A DNA stretch of 64,000 bases from Nitrospirota bacterium (GTDB lineage Bacteria; Nitrospirota; UBA9217), in NCBI GenBank assembly GCA_963845065.1, contig CAWJQQ010000001.1:480001-544000 (forward strand). Reading direction: 5' to 3'. Positions within the stretch are counted from its first letter, which is position 1; each line of letters begins with the position of its first letter. Under the pieces are notes generated by a model. The model worked only from the letters and a program-made list of their open reading frames with translations, did not search any database and was not told the DNA's origin. Shown here piece after piece: positions 41,899-51,597 of this stretch. The translations under genes were made by a program, and so were the position numbers.

Positions 41899-42205
41899 TT
41901 AATATATTTTATAAAAAAAGTTTCTATCCCGCAGATAACTTACATTATTATAATGCAATATTTAACGCCATTAAGCAAAAAAAACTTTGTGTCGATAGTA
42001 TTATACTCAAAAAGACCCACTCGGACAATCTACTCAACGCTGAGCTAAAGTAAAAATCCTAACCCTAAAAGTCCTACCCCCAAAATTCGCCGTCGGATTT
42101 TTTTAACAAAAAGTTGCTCTACATTGTAATTAACATAATCAACAAATCTATCCATAGAATTACCCAACACCTATGCGCGAAGCAGTAGCAGTTTGAACTC
42201 CCAGC

Positions 42206-42232
42206 TTAAGTTTTTATCTGCTATGCCGATAA
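42206..42232 (+). promoter_or_regulatory. Sigma28 (FliA)-like promoter
   Basis: TTAAGTTT-N11-GCCGATAA (7/8 and 8/8 to consensus). Confidence 0.7.
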
Positions 42233-42564
42233 ATATAGTATGGTGCGAAAAATGCCACCTATCCGACTATATGCTCTTCGAATAAGTAGAAAACACCGGA
42301 AAATAAACTCAAAGCTCAAGATGTCTTCAAGCTTCTCATCATTCCTCATACTCGGTTTTAAGAACGGGCGTGATCGTCATAGTGTCGCTTCTGTCCCTGA
42401 GTGAGAACCTTCACCCGGGGGGAAAAAGCTCAAGACAAGATACGTGGTGATCAGCGTTGTGAGCAGAATGAGGGTGCGCATTTCTGCACCCACGCTTCAT
42501 GGTGAATATCATATAGTAATGATGCTACTTTAAGTAACTGGCTTGTTATTGTAATGCGACTCAT

Positions 42565-44046
42565 TTGTTGATACGTAGAGTCAACAAAAGTGAATTTGGG
42601 GGTCTTGTCGTGTCCATTCGCAATCTTCAGGAAATGGGGAAAGCCTGCCTCGGTGGCAGGAGCTCCCAATATGATGCATGCGTCTACGCGGACATCATGG
42701 AAAACATTCAAGTCGGCATCATCGTGCTTGATAGAGATAGTAAGTCGGTCATCTTCAGTAATAAAACTGCGGCAAATATTCTCGAAGGTGTTGCGCAGGC
42801 AAGTGATTATGAATCGTTATCACCCGTGTTCCTGCGGAAGGACGGGGATGAACCCATTGCTCCCCCATCCCATGTCCAGCAGTTGATGCAAATAGGCGAA
42901 CGGTTCATCGGGTATACGATTTACACGATCAGCAGGGGATTTAGCTGGATCATGCTTCAAGACATCACCGACCGAAAAAACATCCAGGATAAAAATTCGC
43001 TACTGGCTACAGTCGTTCAGTCTGCCGCCGAATCCATTGTGATACTGGACGCGGACGGTTTTTTCCAATATGTCAACCCGGCGTTTGAAATTGTCACCGG
43101 CTACGTGAAAGAAGAGGTCCTGGGAAAGAATTTCTGCGATTTCAAGGGAGGCGTGAAGTCCAAGCGTTTTTGCGACGACATGTGGGGAGCAGTCCAGGAC
43201 GGTGAGCCCTGGCACAATCATGTCGTGAGCTTGAAAAAAGATGGCTCCCGCTATGAAGAAGAAATCACGATTAAACCGGTAAAAAACAACCAGGGAGAAT
43301 TCACGAACTTTGTGGCCGTGATGAGGGATGTTACCGAAAAAGTCAGGCTGGAGTCCATTGCAGCGGCAGTTAACAACATGGATAACATCGGGTATATCTT
43401 TTCCGGCATCCGTCATGAGATCGGCAACCCGGTCAATTCCATCAAAGTCGCTCTGAGCGTTTTGCTCGATAAAGTTGAGACATTTACCCAGCAAAACATC
43501 CGTCGGTATATAGAGCGATCGCTGACCGAAGTACTTCGCCTGGAAGAGCTGCTGAACAGTCTCAAGAATTTCAATATGTATGAGCATCCGGTGAATCAAG
43601 CCATTGACGTCGAACCATTCATGAACCAGTTCCTGTCACTGGTGCAAGAAGATTTCCGGAACCAGGACATCTCGATCCGGGTCATTATCCATCCTGAGAC
43701 CGGGACCATGCTTGCAGACCCGCGGGCGCTCAAACAGATTCTCCTGAACATACTGACAAACTCAGCGGACGCGCTTGATGGCGTTGAAGATTCGAAGATC
43801 GTAGTTCACGTTTTTCGGATGCGGGAATTCGTGATGATAAGAATCATTGACAACGGCTGTGGCATGAGCGAGGAGCAGCTGCAGAACATGTTCAGACCAT
43901 TCTACACGACGAAGAACAATGGCACCGGCCTGGGCTTGATCATTGTCCGCAAGATGCTCGCCCAGATGAACTGCACTATGGATATTACTAGCCAGAAGGG
44001 TGCCGGAACCATCGTAGATGTATTCATACCGCTCATGGACAAGTGA
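42565..44046 (+). CDS. Cytoplasmic double-PAS sensor histidine kinase (NtrB-like; start uncertain)
   Basis: Two PAS-like domains; GIRHEIGNP H-box; DNGCG and FYTTKNNGTGLGL motifs. Confidence 0.9.
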   Translation: MLIRRVNKSEFGGLVVSIRNLQEMGKACLGGRSSQYDACVYADIMENIQVGIIVLDRDSKSVIFSNKTAANILEGVAQASDYESLSPVFLRKDGDEPIAPPSHVQQLMQIGERFIGYTIYTISRGFSWIMLQDITDRKNIQDKNSLLATVVQSAAESIVILDADGFFQYVNPAFEIVTGYVKEEVLGKNFCDFKGGVKSKRFCDDMWGAVQDGEPWHNHVVSLKKDGSRYEEEITIKPVKNNQGEFTNFVAVMRDVTEKVRLESIAAAVNNMDNIGYIFSGIRHEIGNPVNSIKVALSVLLDKVETFTQQNIRRYIERSLTEVLRLEELLNSLKNFNMYEHPVNQAIDVEPFMNQFLSLVQEDFRNQDISIRVIIHPETGTMLADPRALKQILLNILTNSADALDGVEDSKIVVHVFRMREFVMIRIIDNGCGMSEEQLQNMFRPFYTTKNNGTGLGLIIVRKMLAQMNCTMDITSQKGAGTIVDVFIPLMDK

Positions 44047-44053
44047 GGCCGAT

Positions 44054-45403
44054 GTGCGCAAGACACTCCTGATCATAGATGACGATGCCCTTTTATGTGA
44101 TGCCCTCAAGGACCATTTCGGCGACGTCCTGAACGTCCTCAGTGCTTCGTCCGGGATCGGCGGACTTGCTCACTGCGCCCAGAGAACGATCGATGTCGTC
44201 CTTCTCGATCAGAAACTTCCTGATGGTGAGGGGCATACGTTTTGCCAATCAATTCTGAAGTTACATGAAAAAACTAAAATAGTATTTGTCACGGCATTCC
44301 CGGATTTTAAGCATGCCGTGAACGCCATGAAAGCTGGGGCATTCGACTACCTGTCCAAACCCTTTGAGCTCGAAGAACTGGACATTGTGGTGAAAAAGGC
44401 GCTCAGGACCATCGATCTTGAGAGGATTGAACAGATCCACGCATACCGGAATGATCGAGAGCATGCCGCCTCGTATATCGGCGAAGGAGGCCTCGCCCCT
44501 TTGGCGAAGCTCACAGATCTTGCGGCCCAGTCCGACGCGCCGCTTTTGATTACTGGAGAGACGGGAACGGGCAAGAACGTACTGGCTCAACACATCCACG
44601 ACCGTAGCCAGTTTCGTCAGGCTCCCTGTATCGCGATCAACTGCGCTGCCCTGCCGGAAAATCTCATCGAGTCGGAACTCTTCGGCTATGAAAAAGGAGC
44701 GTTTACAGGCGCTTCAACGTCCCGAAAAGGCATCTTTGAGATGGCGGAAGGCGGGACCCTCGTGCTTGATGAGATCGCGGAAATACCGCCCAATCTCCAG
44801 GCGAAACTCCTCGGAGTCCTGGACAGCAAACGGATAAAAAAAATTGGCGATGACGTCCTTAGGCCCGTGAATGTCCGGATCATGGCCATTACCAACCAGG
44901 ATATGGATGTGGCAATCCGGATGAAGACGTTTCGAGCCGACCTTTACTACAGGCTGAGCGTTGTTCACCTCCATGTTCCACCATTGCGCGACAGAAGACA
45001 GGACATTCCCGCTCTCTGCCATCATTTGCTAAAGAAAATCACACCGGCCTCACTTCAAATCTCAGACGGAGAAATGAAGGAACTCATGGACTACCCCTGG
45101 CCGGGAAATATCAGGGAACTTAAGAACATCCTCGAACGTGCGGTTCTCCTGAGGGAAGGGCCACACCTGCTCCCGGTTGCGCTCCTAGGCAAAAAAAACT
45201 GTCCCACCGGGTTGCCATCAAAGTACCTTCCCACGCCTGATGCGTTTATACCGTTGGGAGAATTGGAAAAGGCATATATCCACCGTGTTTTGAACGAGGG
45301 CAAAGGTAACTATCGCGAAACGGCACGACTCCTTGGTATTTCTCTTTCAACCCTGAAGCGAAGAATCAAAGAGCACTCCATCTCGAGAAAAAGCTCATCT
45401 TGA
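44054..45403 (+). CDS. Sigma54-dependent response regulator (REC-AAA+-HTH)
   Basis: GETGTGK, ESELFGYEKGAFTGA, FRADLYYRL and WPGNIREL motifs; Fis-type HTH. GTG start after GAGG. Confidence 0.95.
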   Translation: MRKTLLIIDDDALLCDALKDHFGDVLNVLSASSGIGGLAHCAQRTIDVVLLDQKLPDGEGHTFCQSILKLHEKTKIVFVTAFPDFKHAVNAMKAGAFDYLSKPFELEELDIVVKKALRTIDLERIEQIHAYRNDREHAASYIGEGGLAPLAKLTDLAAQSDAPLLITGETGTGKNVLAQHIHDRSQFRQAPCIAINCAALPENLIESELFGYEKGAFTGASTSRKGIFEMAEGGTLVLDEIAEIPPNLQAKLLGVLDSKRIKKIGDDVLRPVNVRIMAITNQDMDVAIRMKTFRADLYYRLSVVHLHVPPLRDRRQDIPALCHHLLKKITPASLQISDGEMKELMDYPWPGNIRELKNILERAVLLREGPHLLPVALLGKKNCPTGLPSKYLPTPDAFIPLGELEKAYIHRVLNEGKGNYRETARLLGISLSTLKRRIKEHSISRKSSS

Positions 45404-45440
45404 CCCCCAGGGTTCAGACTATGAAGTCCATCTTGGACCC
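45394..45440 (+). promoter_or_regulatory. Candidate upstream activator sequences for the sigma54 promoter
   Basis: Related imperfect palindromes GCTCATCTTGACCC and GTCCATCTTGGACCC about 100-145 bp upstream of the predicted transcription start. Confidence 0.5.
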
Positions 45441-45510
45441 CGCACTGGGTTGATAGCCAGCAGTTTTCTTAAACCGACTGATTTTATGGATCATCCGCGG
45501 ATCGTTCGAT

Positions 45511-45527
45511 CTGGCACGACGTTTGCT
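45511..45527 (+). promoter_or_regulatory. Sigma54 -24/-12 promoter
   Basis: CTGGCACGACGTTTGCT matches TGGCAC-N5-TTGCW. Confidence 0.85.
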
Positions 45528-45551
45528 ATTGTGTAGGCAAAGGAAGATACC

Positions 45552-46685
45552 ATGAAAAATGTTCTGATCGTTGATGATGAGAAACTTTTTTTACTTAGTC
45601 TCAAGGAAGGGCTGAGCGCGTACTCGACAGACTTCAATGTCCTTCTTGCCCAGAATGGGGCAAAGGCAATTGCACAGCTTTCTTCAGTGCCGATCGATCT
45701 TGTGGTAACAGACCTCAAGATGCCCGTACTGGACGGGTTCGAACTGCTTGCCCATATGAGCAAACATTATCCACAAATTCCAACGATCGTAATGACCGCC
45801 TATGGGACGCCTGATATCGAGAATAAAATAGACGGCTACGGTGTATCTCATTACGTCGAGAAGCCCGTCGACTACAAGAAGCTCGCCTCTGTGATCCTTA
45901 ATGAAATGAAGTTCGGATCCGCAGGACATATCCAGGGGATCACCCTTCCCACTTTTTTGCAACTGATCGAGATGGAGAAAAGAACCTGTACGCTCACGGT
46001 CAACTCCAACGAAGAGTTCGGTTACTGGTATTTTTGGAAGGGCGAGTTGCTGGATGCCGAGGTAGGGAAAAAAACTGGAGTCGATGCAGCCTACCAGATG
46101 CTTAGCTGGGCGCAGACGGAAATTGAAATTGCACCCCGATGTAAACGGAAGACGAAAAACATTCAGAAGTCCATGAACGAAATCCTCATGGAAGGTATGA
46201 GATTGCAAGATGAGCTACAAAGGAGGCAGACGGAGGCTAAGAAATCGTTAAAGCTGGAAGATGGAGACACACAAGCAAAAACATCCCTAAAAATCACGTT
46301 AAACGAGGAGGACACAATGGCACTGGAAAAACATCTTCAAGGGTTGAAAGAAGTGAAAGGATTTAAGGCAGCGGGGGTTATGAACTTCACGGGCGAGATG
46401 ATGGCCTCAGAATCCGTAGACCCCAACATCAATCTGGCTCTTGTAGGGGCGACATTCAACGACATCTTCCGGTCGGCGCATGAGGCTTCCAAGAAAATCG
46501 GTTTAGACGCATGCAAGGAAACCGTCATTAGCACGCCGAAGGGAGTAATAGTCATGCGATGCTCGGGCGTCGACGCGAAATCACATATTCACCTCATCGG
46601 CATCATGGCGAGCGACGGTAACCAGGCACTCATGAAAATGCAGATCGAAAAGATGGTCACTCCTGTGATGGATGAACTCGCTTGA
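45552..46685 (+). CDS. REC + DUF4388 (PatA-N-like) + C-terminal Roadblock/LC7-like domain protein
   Basis: Receiver VTDLKMP; GHIQGITLPTFLQLIEMEKRTCTL..GELLDA..ILMEGMRLQDE. The C-terminal 122 aa has its own GAGGAGG RBS and in-frame ATG at 46317. Confidence 0.85.
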   Translation: MKNVLIVDDEKLFLLSLKEGLSAYSTDFNVLLAQNGAKAIAQLSSVPIDLVVTDLKMPVLDGFELLAHMSKHYPQIPTIVMTAYGTPDIENKIDGYGVSHYVEKPVDYKKLASVILNEMKFGSAGHIQGITLPTFLQLIEMEKRTCTLTVNSNEEFGYWYFWKGELLDAEVGKKTGVDAAYQMLSWAQTEIEIAPRCKRKTKNIQKSMNEILMEGMRLQDELQRRQTEAKKSLKLEDGDTQAKTSLKITLNEEDTMALEKHLQGLKEVKGFKAAGVMNFTGEMMASESVDPNINLALVGATFNDIFRSAHEASKKIGLDACKETVISTPKGVIVMRCSGVDAKSHIHLIGIMASDGNQALMKMQIEKMVTPVMDELA

Positions 46686-46728
46686 TATCCTCCCCGGCCT
46701 CACGGCAGGGGTATTACGGCGCATTGAG
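46682..46728 (-). mobile_element. 47-bp single-hairpin IS605 left-end/right-end chimera
   Basis: TTAT|CTCAATGCGCCGT-AATA-CCCCTGCCGTGAGGCCGGGG-AGGATA-TCAA. Confidence 0.75.
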
Positions 46729-46813
46729 ATAAACGAGACGGACGACTGCGGGAAATGGGAAGTTTAGACCATCCTCGTAGTCTCGCCCTTCTTCCCCGCG
46801 TGGGTATTAACAG

Positions 46814-47152
46814 ATGAATATTACAGGCGAAATAAGGTGGTTTCTCGGAGAAGGGGATTATGCCCAGCTGAAGTTCTCGGAGAGCAAGACGTCGTTTTCA
46901 CTCGATATCGTCATGGTCCCGACTCATCATCGCAATAAAGGTGTAGGCACTATGCTCATTGATCGGCTGCTACTGCTAGCTGATGGCATGCAGAAAGAAA
47001 TCTTTGTATCAGCCCGGCCCCTTGGCAATAACAGTGAGGAGATGCTAAAAAGGCTCGTCAGATACTATGAGGATTTTGGATTTGAGACATACGATAGAGA
47101 ATTGACATCGGTTTTTATGGTCAGGAGAAAATCAAAAAAAGAATCGGAATAG
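46814..47152 (+). CDS. Small GNAT-family N-acetyltransferase
   Basis: VPTHHRNKGVGTML acetyl-CoA motif; LVRYYEDFGF. Confidence 0.8.
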   Translation: MNITGEIRWFLGEGDYAQLKFSESKTSFSLDIVMVPTHHRNKGVGTMLIDRLLLLADGMQKEIFVSARPLGNNSEEMLKRLVRYYEDFGFETYDRELTSVFMVRRKSKKESE

Positions 47153-47243
47153 AAAATCCATCAGCCTTTTTTGTATGGCAGATCGTCGATCGGATCATTC
47201 GCTGCCGCGAAGGAAGAGTCTGGGCGAACAAATGCGTGGCGGT

Positions 47244-47653
47244 ATGGGATCCAATAAAAAAGATGACGATGCAGCAGTCAGCCACACGCGCAGGCTGAGT
47301 TGCTGGGAATTTAAAAAATGGAGTCGTCAACCTGGCGGGTCTAGGGTCGCCGATATGGGAGTATGCCCGACTGCCGTAAACCATGAACTGGAAGGTGCTC
47401 ATGGTGGCAAAGCAGCGGGAAGAGCATGCTGGGTCATAGCAGGCTCCTTATGTGGTGGCAAGACCCAGGTACCTGTGCGAAGAAACTCCAGAACTGCTGG
47501 CGTTGCGAATTCATGAAAATAGTGAAAAAAGAGGAAGAGCCCCTTCAATACGGTCCCTCTCATACCCGCCCAGGCATGGAGAAGTCACTGGAAAAAGCAT
47601 GGTCTGAAGCACAACCAGACCAGCCCGGTCAATGTCTCGACGGAAAAAAATGA
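47244..47653 (+). pseudogene. Two-CW-domain Cys-rich protein, frameshifted
   Basis: SCWEFKK..GVCP..GRACWVIAGSLCGGK continues in another frame as GTCAKKLQNCWRCEF. Confidence 0.75.
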
Positions 47654-47987
47654 AGAAAAATGAGAGGTATTATAATAGTATGTCGCTTACAGAAGACCGT
47701 ATGGATAAAAATATTTTGCTTATGAACCGAAGTCGCCGAACTGGACAATCTTTAACGATTATCTCGTCGCCCTGCAGAAGATAACGGACGGGACTGTCGT
47801 CCTACCATGGCGTAAGATACCTCCAGTCATTTCTTAACCTTGTCACAACATTGGTATTGCAGGCTTGTTGTTTGTGACGATCTCTATCCGAGCGGCACGG
47901 TACTACTTTATCGTTACCATTGAATCTTGATCAAGCACGAAAAAAGTCCATGTTCGATAGATAGCAAAACCTCACCGTAAGCGTACT

Positions 47988-48014
47988 GCGGCAGGGGCCG
48001 ATAGCCCCTACCGC
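47988..48014 (-). terminator. GC-rich hairpin after cydB
   Basis: GCGGCAGGGGC-CGATA-GCCCCTACCGC; weak U tract. Confidence 0.5.
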
Positions 48015-48046
48015 TTCAGACTTACCCGTACGTCTTCATGCCCCTC

Positions 48047-49075
48047 TCAGTATGTTTCCCGATCCTTTATTGCATCATCAACGTTAAGCGGGCTACGGAA
48101 GATCCTGTAGATCCAGATTTTATACGCGATAACGATAGGTACGAAGATAAACGCCACCACAGTCATTATCTTCAACGTATAGATGCTGGACGATGAATTA
48201 TAGATCGTCAGACTGGAGGCAGCGTCTATGCTTGACGGGATGAGGTCTGGGAACAGTCCGATTACGCCGGTAAAGACCACCATCACCACCGTGACGCAGG
48301 ACGATGCAAAAGCGAGAAGGTTAGCCCCCTTTGCCATGAATATTCTCATGCCGATCAGCGCGCTAACCGCGATGATCGGCACAATGAGCAAGAGTGGCAA
48401 CGCCAGGTAGTTGTCATACAAACTTGTGGCAAAAGCCGTTGCGATTAGGAAAACGACGGCGACGATCAGGAGGACCGGCCAGATCTTCTTCGCAGTATTG
48501 ACTGCTCGTTTACTCAAATCGTTCGTGGTTTTTACACTGAGATACAGTGATCCGTGAACTAGAAACAGCAAGACGAAAAGCAAGCCCGTGATCAACCCAT
48601 AGGTGTTCAGCAGTGATATGAGTGACCCGTGATAACCGGTGGCATCCATAGCCAGGCCTTCAAATATGTTCCCGAAGGCCACGCCGAAGAGCAGCGCCGG
48701 CAGGAAACTGCCTACTCCGATGCCGATATCCCAACCTTTTTTCCAGCTGGCTTCTTCGCTTTTTTCCCGGAATTCAATGGATACGCCCCGGATGATCAGC
48801 GCAAAGAGCAAGAGGAGCAACGCAGTGTATAGGTAGCTAAACATCAATGCGTAGGTCTTGGGAAAGGCCGCAAAGGTGGCGCCGCCTGCCGTAAGAAGCC
48901 AGACCTCGTTCCCGTTCCACACGGGGCCCACCGCATTGATCAAAACACTTTTTTCCGCATCGCTCTTTGTGAGAAAGTTGTGCAACATTCCGGTACCAAT
49001 TACAAAGCCATCGAGCATGAAGTATACGGCCCATAACACAGCCCAAAGAATAAACCAAATCACCTGAAATTCCAT
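48047..49075 (-). CDS. cydB: Cytochrome bd quinol oxidase subunit II
   Basis: LDGFVIG and GPVWNGNEVWLLTAGGATFAAFP motifs. GGAGG RBS before MEFQ. Confidence 0.95.
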   Translation of the reverse strand: MEFQVIWFILWAVLWAVYFMLDGFVIGTGMLHNFLTKSDAEKSVLINAVGPVWNGNEVWLLTAGGATFAAFPKTYALMFSYLYTALLLLLFALIIRGVSIEFREKSEEASWKKGWDIGIGVGSFLPALLFGVAFGNIFEGLAMDATGYHGSLISLLNTYGLITGLLFVLLFLVHGSLYLSVKTTNDLSKRAVNTAKKIWPVLLIVAVVFLIATAFATSLYDNYLALPLLLIVPIIAVSALIGMRIFMAKGANLLAFASSCVTVVMVVFTGVIGLFPDLIPSSIDAASSLTIYNSSSSIYTLKIMTVVAFIFVPIVIAYKIWIYRIFRSPLNVDDAIKDRETY

Positions 49076-49118
49076 ATCATGCCTCCTTTCTTTCTCTTTC
49101 AATTTTGCTGAGAGATCA

Positions 49119-50426
49119 TTATTGCGGGCCTTTTTTCGCGTACTTCGTCAAAAGATAGATGTCGACCACTCCCAGACTGCCGTAGAGCAAGGTAAAGCCA
49201 AGCAAGGAAACCCAGACCTGCGCCCTACTGATGGATTGCGAAACTGCCGCAGATGTTTTCAAGACGCCATAGACTATCCAGGGCTGTCTGCCCACTTCAG
49301 CTACGATCCAGCCGAGTTGGGTAGCAAGGTACGGAAGAGGAATGGCAAAGAGCATAATGGTCAAGAAGAGCCGCCGTGACTCCAAAGCGTCTTTCCTTCC
49401 ATACACAACGGCAAGGAGGGAGAGCAGTATCAATATAAATCCCAAGGTGAACATTAGCCGGAAACTGACGAAGGTAGGAAAGACCGGTGGCCGTTCCTCC
49501 TTGGGAAAGGCCTTAAGCCCCTTGATCTCGGCATCAGGAGTATGGAACGCGAGCAAACTAAGAAAATTCGGTATGCACAGACCCTCCACCTGATTACATT
49601 CGCGCGCCACGTCCGGGATAACGAAAATATTGAATCCCGCGCCTTTTTGCGTCTCCCAGAGTGACTCCGTGGCAGCGAATTTGGCCGGCTGTGTTTCGGC
49701 TACATTGGCCGCGGAGAAATCACCACTTATCGCCACTAGTATGGTGGCGACAAGACCGAAGACGGCTGCCATTCGGAAGGACCGCTTAAAAAAATCGATC
49801 TCGTTCTTCCGTAAGAGGTGATAGGCGGAGATTCCCATAACGAAGAAAGCAGCTACCACGTACCCGGACGGCACGGTGTGGAAAACCTTATACAATCCGT
49901 AAGGGTTTGTGATAAGAGCGCCGAAGTCCACCATTTCGGCACGACCGTTCCTGATCTCATAGCCTACCGGATGCTGCATCCAGCCATTGGCCAGGAGAAT
50001 CCAGAGCGCCGACAGATTGGTTGCAATCGCAACCAGCCAGATTGAGAGGGCATGTACTTTCTTCGAGACCCGGTTCCAGCCGAAGATCCAGAGGCCGATA
50101 AAGGCCGACTCCAGAAAAAATGCAACCGTCGCTTCAATGGCAAGAGGCGCTCCGAAGATGTCTCCCACGTATTTGGAATACTCCGCCCAATTCATGCCGA
50201 ACTGGAACTCCATGGTAATGCCTGTCACCACGCCGAGGGCGAAATTGATCAGGAACAGTTTCCCCCAGAACTTGGTCATTTTCAAATACATTTCATCACC
50301 CGTTTTCACCCAGCGTGTTTCCATATACGCTGTCATGATTGACAGCCCAAGTGTCAGCGGGACAAATATGAAGTGAAACATGCTCGTTACGGCGAACTGT
50401 AATCTGCTTAACGACACGACATCCAT
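49119..50426 (-). CDS. cydA: Cytochrome bd quinol oxidase subunit I (short Q-loop)
   Basis: HFIFVPLTLG, MEFQFGMNW, QPAKFAATE and EVGRQPW motifs. Confidence 0.97.
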   Translation of the reverse strand: MDVVSLSRLQFAVTSMFHFIFVPLTLGLSIMTAYMETRWVKTGDEMYLKMTKFWGKLFLINFALGVVTGITMEFQFGMNWAEYSKYVGDIFGAPLAIEATVAFFLESAFIGLWIFGWNRVSKKVHALSIWLVAIATNLSALWILLANGWMQHPVGYEIRNGRAEMVDFGALITNPYGLYKVFHTVPSGYVVAAFFVMGISAYHLLRKNEIDFFKRSFRMAAVFGLVATILVAISGDFSAANVAETQPAKFAATESLWETQKGAGFNIFVIPDVARECNQVEGLCIPNFLSLLAFHTPDAEIKGLKAFPKEERPPVFPTFVSFRLMFTLGFILILLSLLAVVYGRKDALESRRLFLTIMLFAIPLPYLATQLGWIVAEVGRQPWIVYGVLKTSAAVSQSISRAQVWVSLLGFTLLYGSLGVVDIYLLTKYAKKGPQ

Positions 50427-50446
50427 AGGACCCTCCTCCTTGTGTT

Positions 50447-50471
50447 ATATAGGATGTTTAACATCCTATAT
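50447..50471. promoter_or_regulatory. Perfect 25-bp palindromic operator just upstream of the cydA RBS
   Basis: ATATAGGATGTT-T-AACATCCTATAT. Confidence 0.7.
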
Positions 50472-50672
50472 TAAGCCAAAAAAAGTCTCCTGCTCGTACT
50501 GCTTCTATCGACCCGCTATCCTCTGCATCCTATCCCTCCTTTCGTGCTCGATATTCATATTCCACTGGCGTGATCCATAGCGTATTGCTCCCTGTTCAGT
50601 CTATGCATACGGCAACACATAGCCGTTCGCGATTGATATTCTTTAACGTTATGATGCCTGTGGTCCCGTTAA

Positions 50673-51074
50673 TTATCCCTTCACCACCAGACTCGAGATC
50701 GTCTGCGTGGCGAGGCGTCTTTCGATCACGCTCCGGATTTCAATCCAGATTGGATGGACTGAGCATTTTGGGCTCATGCGGCAGCGCTGTTTGTCGATAG
50801 CACAGGTGCTCACCGCAGCGATTCCTTGGATTGCAATAAGGACTTCGAGGAGCGTGATCTGATGTGGTTCCTTCAGTAGCCGGAAACCGCCATTAATTCC
50901 GCGGATCGATTCCGCAATTCCTTCGCGCACTAGACGCTGCAGGATCTTGGCAAGGAAGCTCTTTGGGATGTTCATCTGCTGAGAAATCTCACCGACATTT
51001 GTAAATTGGCCTTGCTCTTGCGCTAGGTACAAGACACACCGCATGGCATAATCTGTTTCTCTCGTCACCAACAT
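50673..51074 (-). CDS. Rrf2-family transcriptional regulator, probably Fe-S binding
   Basis: TRETDYA, FLAKILQRL and RGINGGF motifs; three C-terminal cysteines (C-x6-C-x5-C). Confidence 0.93.
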   Translation of the reverse strand: MLVTRETDYAMRCVLYLAQEQGQFTNVGEISQQMNIPKSFLAKILQRLVREGIAESIRGINGGFRLLKEPHQITLLEVLIAIQGIAAVSTCAIDKQRCRMSPKCSVHPIWIEIRSVIERRLATQTISSLVVKG

Positions 51075-51077
51075 GGC

Positions 51078-51497
51078 TTATTGAAAAAACCTTTCCAGAA
51101 GACCATTCAGCATCATTGCATGACGCGCTTCATCCCTCGACGATTCAGCGAAGAGGTCATGGGCCTTCTCCACATTTGCTTCCTTCGCCTTAACGGCCGC
51201 ATCGAGCTTACCTTTGTACGCCCCGATTTCTCCATGCTGCATCTTTTCCAGGTTGTCTTTCGTCTGCCCCGATACGAGTCCGAGCATCTCTGCGTAGCGG
51301 GCGGCGTGTTCAGCCTCCTCCCAGGCGATCCGCTTGAGTGCCTCGGCGATTTTCGGGTATCCTTGACGCTGCGCCTGTCGGGCCATGGCGAGATAGAGCC
51401 CTACTTCCTGTGCTTCGCCTCGGAAATTCGCCATGGCTGCATCCTCCACTGTGGTGCCTTTTACAACATCCAGCTTATTAACATTGACTAATTCCAC
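51078..51497 (-). CDS. Rubrerythrin-like ferritin-fold di-iron protein without a rubredoxin domain
   Basis: GEAQE, EEAEH, GE and DEARH iron-ligand motifs. AAGGAG RBS, GTG start. Confidence 0.88.
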   Translation of the reverse strand: MELVNVNKLDVVKGTTVEDAAMANFRGEAQEVGLYLAMARQAQRQGYPKIAEALKRIAWEEAEHAARYAEMLGLVSGQTKDNLEKMQHGEIGAYKGKLDAAVKAKEANVEKAHDLFAESSRDEARHAMMLNGLLERFFQ

Positions 51498-51560
51498 TAT
51501 TTCTCCTTTACTGATGTTAAATAGGGTTTATTTACTCTCATTAACATTTAGTTTTAATTA

Positions 51561-51597
51561 TGTCAAGCTCTTTTTTAGGACTATTATTCTCCTATAT
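51561..51597 (-). promoter_or_regulatory. TTGACA -35 box and second TAGGA-N9-TCCTA operator upstream of the erythrin-rrf2-cydAB operon
   Basis: TAGGACTATTATTCTCCTATAT at 51576-51597 and TGTCAA at 51561-51566. Confidence 0.6.
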
